NCBI GenBank assembly: GCA_028288925.1
Contig: JAQGHG010000019.1
Coordinates: 8,047 to 72,046 of the forward strand
Length of the DNA: 64,000 bases
Direction of reading: 5' to 3'
Origin: Patescibacteria group bacterium
GTDB taxonomy: Bacteria > Patescibacteriota > Saccharimonadia > UBA4664
The notes under the pieces are model-generated. The model was not told the DNA's origin. It made no database searches and saw only the letters and a list, made by a program, of their open reading frames with translations. Below, one piece after another: positions 40,997 through 50,811 of this stretch. The position numbers and the translations under genes were made by a program. Each line of letters begins with the position of its first letter. The stretch's first letter is position 1.

Positions 40997-42544
40997 ATGT
41001 TAGCACAAGCCTATGCCCCCGCCCTCTTCGGAATCGACGGCCGCCTCATTTCCATCGAATGCGACATGACCAACGGTCTGCCTGGCTTTGTGGTCGTAGG
41101 CCTCGGCGATAAAGCCGTGGACGAATCCCGCGAGCGTGTGCGCAGCGCCATCAAGAATAGCGGCCTCATGCTGCCGCCCAAGCGCATCACCCTCAACCTC
41201 GCTCCGGCCGATCTGCCCAAAGACGGCTCGGGCTACGATGTCGGCATGGCGCTCGCGATCCTAGCCGCTAGCGGCCAGATCGACCCGGCCGTGCTCGAGG
41301 ATGCCCTGTTTATGGGCGAGCTAGCGCTCGACGGCAGCATCCGGCCGGTCAAGGGCGCCGTCATCGCGGCCCAGCTGACCGCCGACCAATCGCTCCAGCG
41401 TCTGTTCGTGCCGCTCGAAAACGCCGCCGAAGCCGTAATGCTCGAGCATACCAAGGTCTTCGCCGTCTCCAACCTGCTCGGGCTCTACCGGCATCTCATC
41501 GGTGACTGCCTGCTCTCGCCCGTTGAGCCCGCGGCGCTGCCGGCCACTCCGGCCGAGGCGGCCGCCATCGACCTCAGCATGGTCTACGGCCAGCATCAAG
41601 CCAAGCGAGCGCTGGAGGTCGCGGCCGCCGGTAGCCACAATCTGCTCTTCTCCGGCGCGCCCGGCACCGGCAAGACCCTGCTAGCCAAGGCACTGATGGG
41701 CCTCCTGCCCGCGCCCAACCGCGAAGAGATGATCGAGATCACCAAAATTCACAATCTAGCCGGCAGCAATCTCGCGGGCATCATCCGCACCCGGCCATTC
41801 CGCGCGCCCCACCACACAGCCTCGAGCGTGGCGCTCATCGGCGGCGGCGCCCGGCCCCGGCCCGGCGAGATCAGCCTGAGCCACCACGGCGTACTCTTCT
41901 TGGACGAGCTACCCGAGTTTCCCCGCGGGGTCCTGGAAGTCCTCCGCCAGCCACTCGAAGACGGCAGTATCACCGTCGCGCGGGCCGCCGGCGTGGTCAC
42001 TTACCCAGCCCGGTTTATGCTCGTCGGCACTCGCAATCCCTGCCCCTGCGGCTATCTGGGCGACCCCGACAACCGCTGCGATTGCAGCCAGATGGCGATT
42101 AGCCATTACCAGCGCAAAATATCCGGTCCGCTTCTGGACCGAATCGACCTCGTAGTAGAGATGGCCCGCATCGACAACCGCGATCTCATCGGCGGTACAC
42201 CCGCCGAAAGTAGCGAAATCGTAGCCCGTCGCATCGCCCGGGCCCGCCAGCTCCAAATGGACCGTTTATTCGCCAGCGAAGGTCATTGTAACGCCCATAT
42301 GACCAACCGGGACATCCAAGAACATTGTAAAATAAACAACGAAACCGCGAAGTTAGCGGCTTTTGCCATGCGCCAGCTTGGGCTCTCCGCCCGCGGCTAC
42401 AACCGAATACTAAAAGTCGCCAGGACCATCGCTGATCTGGCGGAGTCCCCCGGCATTGAGACTATTCACTTCACGGAAGCACTACAATACCGCCCGCGCC
42501 TCAGCGAGACCAAGCAGCCCCAACAGGCCAACGCCAAGGCTTAG
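40997..42544 (+). CDS. comM: YifB/ComM-family Mg-chelatase-like AAA+ ATPase
   Basis: N-terminal Lon-like domain, Walker A motif GAPGTGKT, and a C-terminal ChlI-like domain. Confidence 0.9.
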   Translation: MLAQAYAPALFGIDGRLISIECDMTNGLPGFVVVGLGDKAVDESRERVRSAIKNSGLMLPPKRITLNLAPADLPKDGSGYDVGMALAILAASGQIDPAVLEDALFMGELALDGSIRPVKGAVIAAQLTADQSLQRLFVPLENAAEAVMLEHTKVFAVSNLLGLYRHLIGDCLLSPVEPAALPATPAEAAAIDLSMVYGQHQAKRALEVAAAGSHNLLFSGAPGTGKTLLAKALMGLLPAPNREEMIEITKIHNLAGSNLAGIIRTRPFRAPHHTASSVALIGGGARPRPGEISLSHHGVLFLDELPEFPRGVLEVLRQPLEDGSITVARAAGVVTYPARFMLVGTRNPCPCGYLGDPDNRCDCSQMAISHYQRKISGPLLDRIDLVVEMARIDNRDLIGGTPAESSEIVARRIARARQLQMDRLFASEGHCNAHMTNRDIQEHCKINNETAKLAAFAMRQLGLSARGYNRILKVARTIADLAESPGIETIHFTEALQYRPRLSETKQPQQANAKA

Positions 42545-42825
42545 ACCTTGATCAGGTGGTAAACCGAATCACCCAAACCGGTATGGTTTAGGAGATACCA
42601 AAGTACCAGTTCCAGGGCTATCAATGAGATCCCCAAAACCGCGATGCGGCGCAGGTCTCCAAACACATAACTAAAGTCGCGCACATCTGCCGCCGCTGCC
42701 TGCTTAGCAAGTCTGGCGCCGCCATTAGTTACGGCGCCCACCGTAGGCTGCGCGACCATCGCGCCGGCGTCTGGTTCGGCGTGCTTAAACTTATGTTTCT
42801 TGGTTGTATGCTTCTTCTTTGCCAT
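42541..42825 (-). CDS. Small basic C-terminally TM-anchored protein (hypothetical)
   Basis: Starts with a Lys-rich MAKKKHTTKKHKFK… segment and has one TM helix. Divergent from the DUF4446 gene. Confidence 0.4.
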   Translation of the reverse strand: MAKKKHTTKKHKFKHAEPDAGAMVAQPTVGAVTNGGARLAKQAAAADVRDFSYVFGDLRRIAVLGISLIALELVLWYLLNHTGLGDSVYHLIKV

Positions 42826-42880
42826 CGGCGCAATTGTATCACATGATAGTATAGGAACGAACGAGTACAAGGAGCGAGGC

Positions 42881-43384
42881 GTGATCATTACAGTACTGGC
42901 GATTGTTGTAGGGGCGTTAAGCCTGGGCGTAGCTATATATGCCCTCCTCCAAACCCGCACGCTCAACCAGCGCTTTACCGCCGCGCTAGGCGGAGAAGAC
43001 GCCGGGTCACTCGAGTCCACCCTGGCCGGTCACATCGCCCGCGTCGAGGCCGTAGACCACCGCCTCACTACCCTCAACGCTGAATACAAACGTCTAGCCA
43101 TCACCAATGGCCTGGCTTCCCAGAAGATATCTATTGTCAGGTTCAATCCCTTTGGCGATACTGGTGGAGACCAGAGCTTTAGCCTAGCCGTCCTCGACGC
43201 TCACGATTCCGGCTATGTCCTCTCGAGCATTCACGGACGCCAGGGCACCCGCGTCTACGTGAAGCCCGTCGACTTTGCCAAGAGCAAGTACACCCTCTCG
43301 GCCGAGGAGCGGCAGGCTCTCGATCAGGCTATCAAACGGGTGCCTCAGACAAACCCATCCGACTCAGAGATAGAGATTAAGTAA
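42881..43384 (+). CDS. DUF4446-like membrane protein
   Basis: GTG start with GGAG 6 nt upstream. One N-terminal TM helix followed by a conserved soluble domain, in the typical gene context (bactofilin and DagK follow). Confidence 0.55.
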   Translation: MIITVLAIVVGALSLGVAIYALLQTRTLNQRFTAALGGEDAGSLESTLAGHIARVEAVDHRLTTLNAEYKRLAITNGLASQKISIVRFNPFGDTGGDQSFSLAVLDAHDSGYVLSSIHGRQGTRVYVKPVDFAKSKYTLSAEERQALDQAIKRVPQTNPSDSEIEIK

Positions 43385-43396
43385 GGGACAATACAC

Positions 43397-43810
43397 GTGG
43401 CACGCAAGACACATGAAGACGCCTTCGGAGTAGCCGGAGCCGAAACCATCATAGGCACAGGAGTCGTGGTCAAAGGTGACCTCGCCAGCGAATCCGATAT
43501 CATCATCGACGGCACACTCACCGGCAACGTTACGGCCACCGGCAACGTCACACTGGGCGTAAACGCCAGCGTGAAGGGCAATATCGCCGCTACCAACGTC
43601 ACGGTTTCCGGCGCCCTCCGCGGCAACGTCGTAGCCGAGGGCGAAACCACCATCCGCGAGACCGGCAACATCGAAGGCGATATTAAGACGTCTGGCCTAG
43701 CTATCTCGTCCGGCGCCGTCTTTATCGGCCGGAGCCTCATGCAGGCCCCGCCCCGGCTCAACGATAACCCGGTCGCTCCGGATGGCGACCCCGGCCACCA
43801 CCAAGGCTAA
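43397..43810 (+). CDS. Bactofilin (DUF583) cytoskeletal protein
   Basis: Repetitive beta-helical G-x-V/I motifs (…GTLTGNVTATGNVTLGVNASVKGNIAATNVTVSGALRGNVVAEG…). Confidence 0.8.
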   Translation: MARKTHEDAFGVAGAETIIGTGVVVKGDLASESDIIIDGTLTGNVTATGNVTLGVNASVKGNIAATNVTVSGALRGNVVAEGETTIRETGNIEGDIKTSGLAISSGAVFIGRSLMQAPPRLNDNPVAPDGDPGHHQG

Positions 43811-43816
43811 CTCACC

Positions 43817-44716
43817 ATGTACTACTATGTCGTAAATCCCGCCGCCGGCCGCGGCCAGGTCAAAAACCTCCAAGACAAGCTCCGCGGCCGCCTGACCGCG
43901 CTCGGTATCCAGGGAGAGTGGGCCAAGACTACCGGCCCCGGCGATGCCACCAAGATGACGCGCGCCGCCATCGCCGCCGGCCACACCACCATCGTGGCCG
44001 TCGGCGGCGACGATACCGTCAACGAAGTCATCAACGGCGTCGAGCGCGAAAACGTCGCCGTCGGCATCATACCCATCGGCACCAACAACCGCGTCGCCAC
44101 CCAGCTCGGTATCGTCCAGTGGCAGCAAGCCTGCGAGGCTCTCGCCGCCCGCCGCCTCACGCCCTACTCGCTCATCGCGGCCGGCCAGAAGTTCTTCCTC
44201 TCTACCCTCACCCTAGGCTTCGAAACCGACCTCGACAAAACCATCGACACCGCCGAAACCGGCCTGCGCGCCCGCGCCAAGCAGTACACCCAGAGCCTCG
44301 GTCATGCCCGCAAGTTCCAGACGCTGCGTGCCAAAATCGATGTCGATGGGCAGTACAAGCTCGAGTGCGACCTCTTTACCCTCGCCATCGCCAACCAAAA
44401 ATTCCTTAACCCCCTAGCCGACAACCGCCTCATCGTCACCATCAGCGACCGCCCGGGCGCGCGCCTAGGGCTGGCAGGTCTGGTCTGGCAAACCCTGCGC
44501 AGCCGCGCCGACGCTAGCCCCAGCGACTCCGCCACCACGCGTTTCCTAGCCGACCGCGTCGTCATCGAGACCGAACCCCCCACCGGCATCATGGTCGACG
44601 GCAAGGTCGCCGGCCGCACCCCCATCGCCATCCGCCTCACCGACCGCCGCGTCCGCTTCATCACCGAAAAAATCATCGCCGACTTCAAAGACGCCGTCGG
44701 ACCGCGCGTAAATTGA
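43817..44716 (+). CDS. Diacylglycerol-kinase-family lipid kinase (DagK/YegS-like)
   Basis: DAGK catalytic motif (VVNPAAGRG…, VAVGGDDT, GTNN). Confidence 0.85.
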   Translation: MYYYVVNPAAGRGQVKNLQDKLRGRLTALGIQGEWAKTTGPGDATKMTRAAIAAGHTTIVAVGGDDTVNEVINGVERENVAVGIIPIGTNNRVATQLGIVQWQQACEALAARRLTPYSLIAAGQKFFLSTLTLGFETDLDKTIDTAETGLRARAKQYTQSLGHARKFQTLRAKIDVDGQYKLECDLFTLAIANQKFLNPLADNRLIVTISDRPGARLGLAGLVWQTLRSRADASPSDSATTRFLADRVVIETEPPTGIMVDGKVAGRTPIAIRLTDRRVRFITEKIIADFKDAVGPRVN

Positions 44717-45240
44717 ATACCCCTGAGCTCATCACCATCGTCGATCAAGATGATAACGTCATCGGCTCTCAAGACCGCCTCACGGCTTACCAAAGCGGAA
44801 ATATCATCCGCCTAGCCAGCGTCATACTCTTCAACTCCCAAGGCCAAATCCTCCTCCAACAACGCAGCGCCCGCAAACAACAAGCCGCCCTTAAATGGTC
44901 CACCTCCGCGGCCGGCCATGTCGACGCCGGTGAAAGCTATCTCCAAGCCATCCGACGCGAAACTCAAGAAGAGTTAGGCCTGCCGGAACTAGAGTTTCAG
45001 CCCATTGGCAAATATTATTCCGAGATCAAAGAAGGCCATATTACGTTTCGCCACTTCAAAAGCGTATTCCGCGCCCACAGCGACCTGCCGATCATCTTCG
45101 ACCCCGTCGAAGTAGCCACCGTCCGCTGGGTGTCACCTGCCGAATTAAACAAGTGGCTAGCTCATCGCCCCGATGACTTCTCGAGTGGAATCCGCGAAAC
45201 CATCAGACGCTTCGGCGCGCGGCTTTTGAGCTCAGAGTAA
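44713..45240 (+). CDS. NUDIX hydrolase (tandem paralog 1)
   Basis: Nudix box AGHVDAGESYLQAIRRETQEELGL. Confidence 0.8.
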   Translation: MNTPELITIVDQDDNVIGSQDRLTAYQSGNIIRLASVILFNSQGQILLQQRSARKQQAALKWSTSAAGHVDAGESYLQAIRRETQEELGLPELEFQPIGKYYSEIKEGHITFRHFKSVFRAHSDLPIIFDPVEVATVRWVSPAELNKWLAHRPDDFSSGIRETIRRFGARLLSSE

Positions 45241-45250
45241 TTCTTATCTG

Positions 45251-45838
45251 ATGTCAGGATTACCACACATACCCTACGCCCCCGAGCTCATCACTATCGT
45301 AGACCAAGCCGACAACGTCATCGGCTCCATGCCGCGCCAGCTCGCCCGCGAACAAGGCCAAATCCATCGCATCGCTAGTGTCGTTATTCGAAATCCCCAG
45401 GGGCAGATCCTACTCCACCAGCGCAGCGCCAACCTCCAAGATTCTCCGCTCAAGTGGGCGATGGGCGCCGCCGGCCATGTCGACGCCGACGAAGATTACC
45501 TCACAGCGGCCCACCGCGAGACCCAGGAAGAGCTGGGCCTGTCCTGCCTTGAGCTTCAGTTCATCGGAAAATACTACTACGAACGGCCAAAAGCCAACAT
45601 TATGCTCAAACGCTTCAACTCTCTGTTTCTAGCCGAAACCACCCAAGAGCCGAGGTATAACCCCGCGGAAGTCGCTCAGATCAAATGGGTTACGCCACCA
45701 GAGCTCAAGCGTTGGCTAGTCACCAAGCCCCAAGACTTCACCCGCAGCATCCCTGACATCATGAGTCGCTTTGGTGACCAGCTCTTATACTCGGGACCAC
45801 CACACAGCTCAGGCTATAAGTCGACTATCGACCTATAG
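45251..45838 (+). CDS. NUDIX hydrolase (tandem paralog 2)
   Basis: Nudix box AGHVDADEDYLTAAHRETQEELGL, with strong N-terminal similarity to paralog 1 (ELITIVDQ.DNVIGS…). Confidence 0.8.
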   Translation: MSGLPHIPYAPELITIVDQADNVIGSMPRQLAREQGQIHRIASVVIRNPQGQILLHQRSANLQDSPLKWAMGAAGHVDADEDYLTAAHRETQEELGLSCLELQFIGKYYYERPKANIMLKRFNSLFLAETTQEPRYNPAEVAQIKWVTPPELKRWLVTKPQDFTRSIPDIMSRFGDQLLYSGPPHSSGYKSTIDL

Positions 45839-45918
45839 CCCTTCTCGCGCACCCCTCCGATCACTCGCCACAGTTTCAGAAATCGTATATACTTATGTAT
45901 ATACATGAGCTACAACAC

Positions 45919-46143
45919 ATGAAAACCCACCTCAAACAATGGGGCAACAGCCTCGCCGTCCGCCTCCCCAGGGCCGCCACCGACGCACTCGCCCTCGCCG
46001 ACGGCAGCGAGCTCGACATCACCGTCACCGATACCGCCCTTGTCATTACGCCCGCCACGCCGCCACCATCCCTCGGGCAGCTCGTCGCCCAGGTCACGCC
46101 CGCCAACCGCCACCCCGAAACCCACATTGGACGCGCCCAATGA
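45919..46143 (+). CDS. MazE/PemI (AbrB/SpoVT-fold) antitoxin
   Basis: Motif KQWGNSLAVRLP characteristic of the MazE/PemI swapped-hairpin family. Confidence 0.7.
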   Translation: MKTHLKQWGNSLAVRLPRAATDALALADGSELDITVTDTALVITPATPPPSLGQLVAQVTPANRHPETHIGRAQ

Positions 46144-46472
46144 CCACCTACACTCCAAACCGCGGCGACATCGTCTGGATACGCCTCGGCGACGGCGATC
46201 CCAGCCAGGACATCGGCCGGAGCCCCGTACTCGTGCTATCCCCCGCCACCTACAATCAAGCCACCGGCTTGCTCCTAGCCTGTCCCATCACCAGCCAGGT
46301 CAAAGACTATCCCTTCGAGGTTCCGGTCGCCCAAGACTTCCTCGATGGCGCCATCCTCGCCGACCAAATCATTTCCCTGGAATGGCCCGTTCGCGAGGTC
46401 AAATTGATCCTCAATGTCAGCCCCGGCACGCTCGCCGCGGTCCAGTCCAAGCTTCAATTGCTCGTCAGCTAG
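46140..46472 (+). CDS. MazF/PemK-family toxin (endoribonuclease)
   Basis: PemK-like N-terminus (GDIVWI…G…SP-LV-LSP) and an ATGA overlap with the antitoxin stop codon. Confidence 0.75.
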   Translation: MTTYTPNRGDIVWIRLGDGDPSQDIGRSPVLVLSPATYNQATGLLLACPITSQVKDYPFEVPVAQDFLDGAILADQIISLEWPVREVKLILNVSPGTLAAVQSKLQLLVS

Positions 46473-46549
46473 CCGTTTATCTGAAAAGACGTTGACCATT
46501 ACCCCTCAAACTGATATAGTACCCGGGAGCTTTTCAAGGAGACTTCCAG

Positions 46550-47095
46550 ATCAATAAAATTCGTTTGAACCGTGAGATTACCGCCCAAACAGTACGTTTA
46601 GTTGGTGCTGATGGTTCCCAGCAAGGCGTCGTTAGCCTCAAAGAGGCCCTCGAAGCCGCCGCCGCTGCGGATATGGATCTGGCAGAGATAGCTCCCACCG
46701 CCCAACCTCCGGTTGTCAAAATCCTCGATTGGGGCAAATACCGGTACGAGCAGACGAAACAACTTGCCAAGAGCAAGAAGAATCAGAAGCAGGTTGAAGT
46801 GAAGCAGGTGCGGCTTGGACTCAAGATCGGTGGCCACGATCTAGAGGTCAAGATCAACCGCGCTATTAAGTTCCTGGATCAAGGCCACAAGGTCAAGATT
46901 AGCCTCCTCTTTCGTGGACGTGAGATTACTCACCCCGACTTAGGCCGCAAACTATTAGCCAAGGTCATGGAGATGCTCGGGCCGTTCGGCATACAGGAAC
47001 AAGCCCCCCAGCTCTCCGGCCGTGATTTAAATATGATTATCGGCCCACAGAAGGACCAGAAGGATCAGAAGGACAAGAAAGATGCCCAAGCTTAA
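46550..47095 (+). CDS. infC: Translation initiation factor IF-3, probably with a non-AUG (AUC/AUU) start
   Basis: Conserved N-terminus INKIRLNREITAQTVRLVGADG with no in-frame ATG upstream. AGGAGA lies 7 nt before an ATC codon. C-terminal domain …RGREITHPDLG… Lys/Asp/Gln-rich tail. Confidence 0.88.
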   Translation: MNKIRLNREITAQTVRLVGADGSQQGVVSLKEALEAAAAADMDLAEIAPTAQPPVVKILDWGKYRYEQTKQLAKSKKNQKQVEVKQVRLGLKIGGHDLEVKINRAIKFLDQGHKVKISLLFRGREITHPDLGRKLLAKVMEMLGPFGIQEQAPQLSGRDLNMIIGPQKDQKDQKDKKDAQA

Positions 47096-47282
47096 AACCC
47101 ACAAAGGCATGGCCAAGCGCATTAAGATCACCGCCAGCGGCAAATTACTTCGCCGCCGGGCCTTCCGTAACCACATGCTTGCCCACAAGCAAGCCTCGAC
47201 CAAGCGCGAGTACGTCAAGGAATTCCAGGTCTCTGCCGGCGACACCGCCAATGTTAAGAAAATGTTAGGAACCTACAAGTAA
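47082..47282 (+). CDS. rpmI: 50S ribosomal protein L35
   Basis: Sequence MPKLKTHKGMAKRIKITASGK…. Confidence 0.92.
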   Translation: MPKLKTHKGMAKRIKITASGKLLRRRAFRNHMLAHKQASTKREYVKEFQVSAGDTANVKKMLGTYK

Positions 47283-47632
47283 TGAGAGTCAAACGAGGCG
47301 TCACCACCCACGCCAAGCACAAGAAACTCCGCGCCCAGACAAAAGGCTACCAGCTAGTCCGCCGCGCCAGTGTCCGCCAGGCCCGCCAGGCGGTACTAAA
47401 GGCCCTGCAGTATCAGTACCGCGACCGCCGCAACAAGAAGCGCGACTTCCGCGCCCTCTGGATTACCCGCATCAACGCCGGCGTAGCCCAGTTCGGTCTG
47501 TCCTACTCCGCCTTCATGGGCTCGCTCAAGAAAGCCGGCGTCACGCTCGATCGCAAAATCCTGGCCGAGCTCGCCGTCAACCAGCCCAAAGCCTTTGCCG
47601 CCGTCGTGGACGTGGCTAAAAAAGCCAAGTAG
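47282..47632 (+). CDS. rplT: 50S ribosomal protein L20
   Basis: Sequence MRVKRGVTTHAKHKKLRAQTKGY…. Confidence 0.95.
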   Translation: MRVKRGVTTHAKHKKLRAQTKGYQLVRRASVRQARQAVLKALQYQYRDRRNKKRDFRALWITRINAGVAQFGLSYSAFMGSLKKAGVTLDRKILAELAVNQPKAFAAVVDVAKKAK

Positions 47633-47653
47633 TCCCCCTTTCCCCTACGCAGG

Positions 47654-47679
47654 AAACCCGCATACTACGCGGGTTTTTT
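47654..47679 (+). terminator. Rho-independent terminator of the infC-rpmI-rplT operon
   Basis: Stem AAACCCGC…GCGGGTTT followed by a TTTTTT run. Confidence 0.65.
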
Positions 47680-48042
47680 GTTGTGCAGCTCTCTTACTCT
47701 TAGTCTATCGCGTCCAAGGTCCACTAGGCGCGCATACGAATCAAGCTGCCAGCCCAAAAGCATGCACCCCAAATCCGTCAGCCAATAAATACGCGCCCTT
47801 CCGCCCGGCCGGGGTGTACTGGGCTCCTCGCCACAAACAAGCCCCGCCTTCCCCATTTTCTTAAGCGCCGGATATAATGTGCCATTACTAATGCCCCGCT
47901 CATGACCCGAATCAAAATCACATTGGCGCACAATCTCATATCCTGTCCGCTGCCCATCTGCCAGCACCACCAAAATCGCCATCTCTTGCTGGGATAATAC
48001 CGGCACGTCCTCAGATGTAAGGAAGGGATTCATGGAAGACAT
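47665..48042 (-). CDS. PadR-family transcriptional regulator
   Basis: PadR winged helix (…ILVVLADGQRTGYEIVRQ…GTLYPALKKMGKAGLV…). Confidence 0.8.
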   Translation of the reverse strand: MSSMNPFLTSEDVPVLSQQEMAILVVLADGQRTGYEIVRQCDFDSGHERGISNGTLYPALKKMGKAGLVCGEEPSTPRPGGRARIYWLTDLGCMLLGWQLDSYARLVDLGRDRLRVRELHNKKPA

Positions 48043-48186
48043 TATAGGTCGACTTTCGACCTATAAGCTACCACGAGAGGTTTCCCCGGAGTCAAAATCG
48101 CATCATATCGCTCATTTGTGGGTGGGCCTAATACTGCGCAAAATCCGCAACACTCTCGATAAAAACCTGAACACGTCTAGTGTTCG

Positions 48187-49320
48187 CTAACCCTCATGGT
48201 GGGTAGAATCAAACTTTTCCCACTCCGCATCGACAAACTCCCGCATTTGCCGCCGAAAGACCTCCACGTCAAACTCTTGAGCCTTCGCCTGCAGCACTTT
48301 TTCATCAAATTTCATGGTCTCAAACCGGCGCACCGCCGCCGCCAGCGCGGCCGGTGTTTGCTCATCGAAGAGCACCCCGGTCTTACCATCAATCACGTAC
48401 TCCAGCGCGCCGCCCTGGTTGTAAGCGATCACCGGCGTGCCGGCCGCCAACGCCTCTATGGGCACTAGCCCGAAGTCTTCCTCCGGCGGGAACACAAAGG
48501 CCTTCGCGCCCGCGAACGCCCGGTTCCGCTCGTCGGTACTCACCCAGCCGGTAAACTCCACATTGGCCTTGGCCCGGCGCTTCTGCCGGGCAATCTCCTC
48601 GCCTGTCCCCACCACCTTCAGCGGCAAACCCAGCTCATTAAAGGCGTCCACCGCCAAGTCCAGCCGCTTAGATGCCACCTGCCGCCCTACGATCAAGTAA
48701 TAATCGCGCGCACCCGGTGCCGCCGCCAACAACGGCCCAGTCTGAACCGGCGGGTAAATTACAGTGGAATCCCGGTGATAATATTGCTTAATCCGCGCCT
48801 GAATATGCTTCGAATTCGCGATAAACACGTTCACCCGCTGCGCCGCCGCGTAATCAATCCGCCGCAGCAACCCCACCACCAGCGGAAATACGATCCGCGC
48901 CAGCCAATTAAACGCCCCAAACGGCATATTACGCAGCCGCCACTCATAATCGGTCCAATAGTAGCGCACCGGCGTGTGGCAGTAACAAATATGCAGCGTC
49001 TTCGGCCCTGTCCGCACATATTTCGCCTCGGCCGCGCACGACGAAATCACCAGATCATACTCATCCATATTGAACGTCTTGAAGGGTAACCCCAGGAATA
49101 TCGGGAACAGCTGATGCTTGCGCTTCAAAAACGGGATCTTATTCAGAAACGTGGTGCGCACGTCGGCATCGGCAAATTCGGGGAATTTTTCCGGAATATA
49201 AGCAGAGGTATAAATCGGCGCGCCGGGGTACATTTGATGTAATTCATACAACACTTTCTCTCCCCCACCCGCCGAAGTCAGCCAATGATGCACCAATGCT
49301 ACGCGCGGAGTCTTGGCCAC
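48187..49320 (-). CDS. GT4-family glycosyltransferase
   Basis: GT-B fold with the EDFGLVPIEALAAGTPVIA motif. Coupled to the upstream sugar transferase gene. Confidence 0.85.
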   Translation of the reverse strand: MAKTPRVALVHHWLTSAGGGEKVLYELHQMYPGAPIYTSAYIPEKFPEFADADVRTTFLNKIPFLKRKHQLFPIFLGLPFKTFNMDEYDLVISSCAAEAKYVRTGPKTLHICYCHTPVRYYWTDYEWRLRNMPFGAFNWLARIVFPLVVGLLRRIDYAAAQRVNVFIANSKHIQARIKQYYHRDSTVIYPPVQTGPLLAAAPGARDYYLIVGRQVASKRLDLAVDAFNELGLPLKVVGTGEEIARQKRRAKANVEFTGWVSTDERNRAFAGAKAFVFPPEEDFGLVPIEALAAGTPVIAYNQGGALEYVIDGKTGVLFDEQTPAALAAAVRRFETMKFDEKVLQAKAQEFDVEVFRRQMREFVDAEWEKFDSTHHEG

Positions 49321-50777
49321 TAGTAGGCCCCCCGGCCGCGGAAGATTGCCATAACCGTCCGTATCAAAATCTTAAGATCCAGCGCCAAACTCCAGTTTTC
49401 CACGTAATAAATATCCAGCTTTACCCGGTCTTCGTAGCTTATGTCGTTGCGGCCCGAGATCTGCCACAGCCCCGTCACCCCAGGCTTGAGCGCCAAGAAG
49501 CTCGCGCCGTGCTCGCCATAGCGCTCCAGCTCGGCCGGTATGATCGGCCGCGGCCCCACCATACTCATGTTCCCCCGCAGCACATTAAGAAGCTGGGGCA
49601 ACTCATCCAGGCTGGTCTTGCGCAGAAGCCGGCCCAACCGCGTCACCCGCGGATCATCGTCCACCTTCTGCGCCTTCTGAAACTCGACTATCAAATCCTC
49701 GCGCCCCATGGCCACGAAAGCCTCTTCGGCTGTCTTGTACTTAAGGCCCGGCCCAGTGCACCACTTCCAAGCCATTGTTCGGAACTTCAGCACAAACACT
49801 TCCTTGCCGTTGCGACTCAAACGCCGATGCCCAAACAGAATGGGGCCGTCCGGATCCTTGAGCTTGATAATTAACGCCACCACCAGCAAGATTGGCGACA
49901 ATACCACCACACCGAACGCCGCCCCTAGTACGTCAAAAACCCGCTTAGCAATCCGCCCCCAGCCCTCCAGCGGCGTCAGCCGGATCTCGATCATTGGCAC
50001 GCCGGCCAGGTTACCCAGAGCCGAATTTGACGCATAGAGGCCGAATTGGTTAGGCACAAACCGGTAGATGACATTGTGGTTGGTTGCGTAATTCACCAGC
50101 GCCAGCACCTCGTCCTGCTCCAACCCCGAATCCGCCTGAATAATCTCATTAATCGCCGACCCTCCCAGAGTCTCACGCGCCTCCTCGAACGACCGGTAGA
50201 TCGCCAGCCCAGGCATACGCTTGGCCGCGCCCCGCACCGTATCCACGCAGCCCAGCAAACGGTACCCCGAACGGGTCAGGGCCAGCTCGTGCGCGATCCG
50301 CTGCGCGATCTCGCCGCTGCCGATGATGAGCGCGTTGTGCACCCCCACGCCGAAGTTAAAGAACCACCGCTGCACCGCCCGCACCACGATACGCGAACTC
50401 AACACGAATAATAATCCCAGCCCATAGGCGTAAATCGGCACCGCCTTAGAGGGGAATAATGACACCGGCTGCAAAAAATCGAGCAATATCGTCACCATCA
50501 CGCCGCCCGACACCGCTACGAACACCCGCCCAATTTCACTAAACCGTCCGCGCAGATTCGACTGTGAATACAAACCACTCAAGGCGAATATAAAAATCCA
50601 CACTGGCAGCAAAATCAAAATCACCCCCAGGAAATCCAACGCCGGAATCGGATGCGCCACCGGCTTGCCTTCGAGCTTCACACGAATAATGTATCCCACC
50701 ACAAACGCCCCCAGCAGGGCCAGGAAGTCCAGCGGAACCAGGATCATACTAAAGAATAATTCACTACGTTTGCGCAT
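49320..50777 (-). CDS. Polyprenyl-phosphate hexose-1-phosphate transferase (bacterial sugar transferase, WbaP/CpsE-like)
   Basis: Several TM helices and a C-terminal Bac_transf domain (…MSMVGPRP…[15 protein letters not shown]…). Confidence 0.9.
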   Translation of the reverse strand: MRKRSELFFSMILVPLDFLALLGAFVVGYIIRVKLEGKPVAHPIPALDFLGVILILLPVWIFIFALSGLYSQSNLRGRFSEIGRVFVAVSGGVMVTILLDFLQPVSLFPSKAVPIYAYGLGLLFVLSSRIVVRAVQRWFFNFGVGVHNALIIGSGEIAQRIAHELALTRSGYRLLGCVDTVRGAAKRMPGLAIYRSFEEARETLGGSAINEIIQADSGLEQDEVLALVNYATNHNVIYRFVPNQFGLYASNSALGNLAGVPMIEIRLTPLEGWGRIAKRVFDVLGAAFGVVVLSPILLVVALIIKLKDPDGPILFGHRRLSRNGKEVFVLKFRTMAWKWCTGPGLKYKTAEEAFVAMGREDLIVEFQKAQKVDDDPRVTRLGRLLRKTSLDELPQLLNVLRGNMSMVGPRPIIPAELERYGEHGASFLALKPGVTGLWQISGRNDISYEDRVKLDIYYVENWSLALDLKILIRTVMAIFRGRGAY

Positions 50778-50811
50778 AATAGCCAGATAATTGCTCTTAC
50801 ATTGTACACCA

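Noticed and set aside
47040-47095. KDQKDQKDKKD repeat at the 3' end of infC
   Set aside because: This is a low-complexity C-terminal tail of IF3 encoded by a short nucleotide repeat, not a repeat element or CRISPR-like array.
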